Of a stretch of 64,000 nucleotides of DNA, positions 62,062 through 64,000 are shown in pieces. The notes beneath the pieces are model-generated. The model was not told where the DNA came from. It searched no databases and saw only the letters and a list, made by a program, of their open reading frames with translations. Position numbers and translations under genes: made by a program. Origin of the DNA: Candidatus Omnitrophota bacterium (GTDB lineage: Bacteria; Omnitrophota; Gorgyraeia; Gygaellales; Profunditerraquicolaceae); assembly GCA_022710715.1 (NCBI GenBank), contig JAKLGJ010000004.1, forward strand, positions 320,166-384,165, in the 5' to 3' direction. How positions within the stretch are numbered: the stretch's first letter is position 1; each line of letters begins with the position of its first letter.

Positions 62062-62994
62062 ATGAGGGTATTTGAAGATATCACCAGGACTATCGGGAAT
62101 ACGCCTCTGGTCAGGTTCAACCGGATCGCTTCCGGCGCCGGCGCGACAGTGCTCGCCAAACTGGAATCGTTCAATCCGCTGGGTTCGGTGAAAGACCGTG
62201 TCGGCGTAGCATTGATTGCCGATGCCGAGAAGCGCGGCGCGCTGAAAAAGGATTCGGTGATCATCGAACCGACCAGCGGCAATACCGGGATCGCTCTGGC
62301 CTTTGTGGCTGCTTCGCGGGGGTATCGTTTGATCCTGACTATGCCCGATACGATGAGTATGGAACGCAGGCAGCTTCTGGCTGTGCTGGGCGCGGAACTG
62401 GTTCTCACTCCCGGGGCCGAAGGGATGACCGGCGCGGTTAAAAAAGCTCAAGAGATGGTTGCGCAGACGCCCGGCGGAATTATGCTCGATCAATTCGCCA
62501 ATCCGGCTAATCCCGGGATACATCGCCAGACCACCGCATTGGAGATCTGGAAGGATACCGGCGGCAAAGTAGATATATTCGTGGCCGGCGTAGGCACCGG
62601 CGGCACGATCACCGGAGTGGGCGAAGTTCTGAAAAAGAAGAAAAAGTCCGCTAAGATCATCGCAGTCGAACCGGATGGTTCGCCGCTTTTGTCCGGGGGC
62701 AAGGCCGGCGCGCATAAGATCCAGGGGATAGGCGCAAATTTTATTCCCCGGGTGCTTAATCGTCAGATCATCGATGAAGTGATCCGGGTCAAAGATGACG
62801 ATGCCGGAGATACCGCCCGTAAGCTCGCGCGGCAGGAGGGGATACTGGCCGGCATATCCGGCGGCGCTGCAGCCTGGGCTGCGCTGGAAGTGGCTAAACG
62901 CAAAGAGAATAAAGGTAAGCTCATCGTGGTGTTGTTGCCGGATAGCGGCGAACGGTATTTATCAACCTGGTTGTTCAAAGATGTTGTACGGTAA
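62062..62994 (+). CDS. cysK: cysteine synthase A (O-acetylserine sulfhydrylase)
   Basis: PLP lysine motif 'NPLGSVKDR', '[10 protein letters not shown]' and '[10 protein letters not shown]' glycine-rich loop. Confidence 0.9.
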   Translation: MRVFEDITRTIGNTPLVRFNRIASGAGATVLAKLESFNPLGSVKDRVGVALIADAEKRGALKKDSVIIEPTSGNTGIALAFVAASRGYRLILTMPDTMSMERRQLLAVLGAELVLTPGAEGMTGAVKKAQEMVAQTPGGIMLDQFANPANPGIHRQTTALEIWKDTGGKVDIFVAGVGTGGTITGVGEVLKKKKKSAKIIAVEPDGSPLLSGGKAGAHKIQGIGANFIPRVLNRQIIDEVIRVKDDDAGDTARKLARQEGILAGISGGAAAWAALEVAKRKENKGKLIVVLLPDSGERYLSTWLFKDVVR

Positions 62995-63018
62995 AAATGC
63001 GATGGAGGGAGGAAGCGT

Positions 63019-63834
63019 ATGGTCTTTAAGGATATTCCCGCGCATCTGCTTCTGCGCAAGGTAAAAGAGGAACAGCCGTTGGTGCATCATATCACCAACT
63101 GGGTCACTATCTATGATTGCGCTACGGTGGTCAAAGCTTTCGGCGCTTCTCCGGTCATGGCTCACGCGCCGGAAGAAGCGGCGGATATGGCCGGCATCGC
63201 CTCGGCGGTGGTTTTGAATATCGGGACGCTGACCGTGGAACTGGTCGAAGCGATGAAGCTCGCGGCAGCGGCGGCGAACAAAAAGGGCATCCCGGTTATC
63301 CTCGACGTCTGCGGCGCCGGCGCGACCCGGCTGCGAGACGAAAAATGTTTCGAGTTGCTTAAGTCCGTCAAGATCGACGTGCTCAAAGGCAACGCGTCGG
63401 AGATCGCGCGTATCGGCGGAGAACAGGTGCGGACCAAAGGCGTCGATACCGCTGAAGTGGAGAAGAATCTGGTTGAGGTGGCGCGGCATACCGCGGAGCT
63501 CTACAATTGCACGGTGGTGATCACCGGTCCGGAAGATATCGTGGTCAACGCCGGTTCCGGGTATCTGGTCAAGAACGGTCATCCTTTGCTGGGCACGGTG
63601 GTGGGGACGGGCTGTCTGGCGGGGTCAGTGATCGGGATTTTCTGCGCGGTGGAAAAAGATTATGCAGTAGCCGCGGCCGCCGGGTTATCCTGTTTCGAGA
63701 TCGCCGCGGAGATCGCGGTTAAAGGCTCGAATGGCCCGGGAACGTTCAAAGAACAGCTTATCGATTGCGTCTACAATCTTGATGAGAAGACGGTTAAGAC
63801 CAAGCAGAAGGTTGAACAGATCAAAAAGGCTTGA
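63019..63834 (+). CDS. thiM: hydroxyethylthiazole kinase
   Basis: 'PLVHHITNWVT..CATVVKAFGASPVMAHAPEE' and 'DVLKGNASEI' are typical of ThiM. Confidence 0.85.
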   Translation: MVFKDIPAHLLLRKVKEEQPLVHHITNWVTIYDCATVVKAFGASPVMAHAPEEAADMAGIASAVVLNIGTLTVELVEAMKLAAAAANKKGIPVILDVCGAGATRLRDEKCFELLKSVKIDVLKGNASEIARIGGEQVRTKGVDTAEVEKNLVEVARHTAELYNCTVVITGPEDIVVNAGSGYLVKNGHPLLGTVVGTGCLAGSVIGIFCAVEKDYAVAAAAGLSCFEIAAEIAVKGSNGPGTFKEQLIDCVYNLDEKTVKTKQKVEQIKKA

Positions 63835-63836
63835 AA

Positions 63837-64000
63837 TATGGCATTGACCAAGAAACAGGCGGTGGCATTGCTGATCGCAGACGACCCGCGGCTCATCGCG
63901 GGTTTGTTGCGTCAGGCTGACGCGGCGCGCAAGAAATTCATGGGCGATGCCGTGCACGTGCGCGGGGTGATCGAATTTTCCAGTTACTGCCGGCGCAATT
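63837..64000 (+). CDS. radical SAM enzyme (ThiH/BioB/HydE-like), 3' end outside window
   Basis: N-terminal 'VRGVIEFSSYCRRN' precedes the expected CxxxCxxC motif, which is cut by the window end. Adjacent to thiM. Confidence 0.4.

Noticed and set aside
1-64000. CRISPR arrays, transposases, integrases, phage structural genes
   Set aside because: I scanned intergenic regions and all ORF translations. There are no short regularly spaced direct repeats, no DDE, tyrosine or serine recombinase motifs, and no capsid, terminase or portal signatures. The only tandem repeats are the in-frame coiled-coil coding repeats at 33970..36145.

Overview
The window is 64 kb of a GC-rich, probably Gram-negative bacterial chromosome; outer-membrane, AsmA, prepilin and OmpR-type genes support that. 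It carries many DUF-only genes and is almost entirely + strand. The ~60% / ~40% GC figures are by-eye estimates; no base counts were made. Backbone genes include ogt (partial), ptsN-like, an RNB ribonuclease, two ECF sigma/anti-sigma pairs (one with a Spy/CpxP-like chaperone), a prepilin-like protein, nitroreductases, a BASS transporter, cysK, thiM and a B12-radical-SAM enzyme. tRNA-Arg(ACG) and tRNA-Ser(GCT) flank tadA. Just after the tRNAs lies a visibly AT-richer block of about 8.5 kb (37.9-46.3 kb), which looks like an acquired island without a recognisable integrase. It holds a second CusRS-like two-component pair, a dual-REC protein, two paralogous 63-64 aa Cys-rich peptides, PhoU-like, Rnk-like and PII-like proteins, and a ThsB-like TIR (DUF1863) protein. 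The most unusual features are: (1) two paralogous giant secreted proteins (2480 aa and 1150 aa) that share a ~380-aa N-terminal module and a ~100-aa C-terminal 'GGIDFR' module around different centres, with recurrent DGG-initiated linkers; one centre is a HAD-like / clan GH-A TIM-barrel / UPF0489-like enzyme stack; (2) a PAS protein with ~900 aa of ~38-residue coiled-coil repeats ending in a HisKA/HATPase module whose H-box His is replaced by Gln; (3) a tightly coupled Rieske-glutaredoxin-FTR(catalytic)-Rieske operon; (4) a conserved ~75-nt leader with a DnaA-box-containing perfect palindrome duplicated upstream of two adjacent genes; (5) a disrupted tRNA-Arg 5' fragment with a structured insert upstream of the intact tRNA-Arg. 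No CRISPR array, transposase or integrase was seen. Most long minus-strand ORFs in the track are antisense artefacts.
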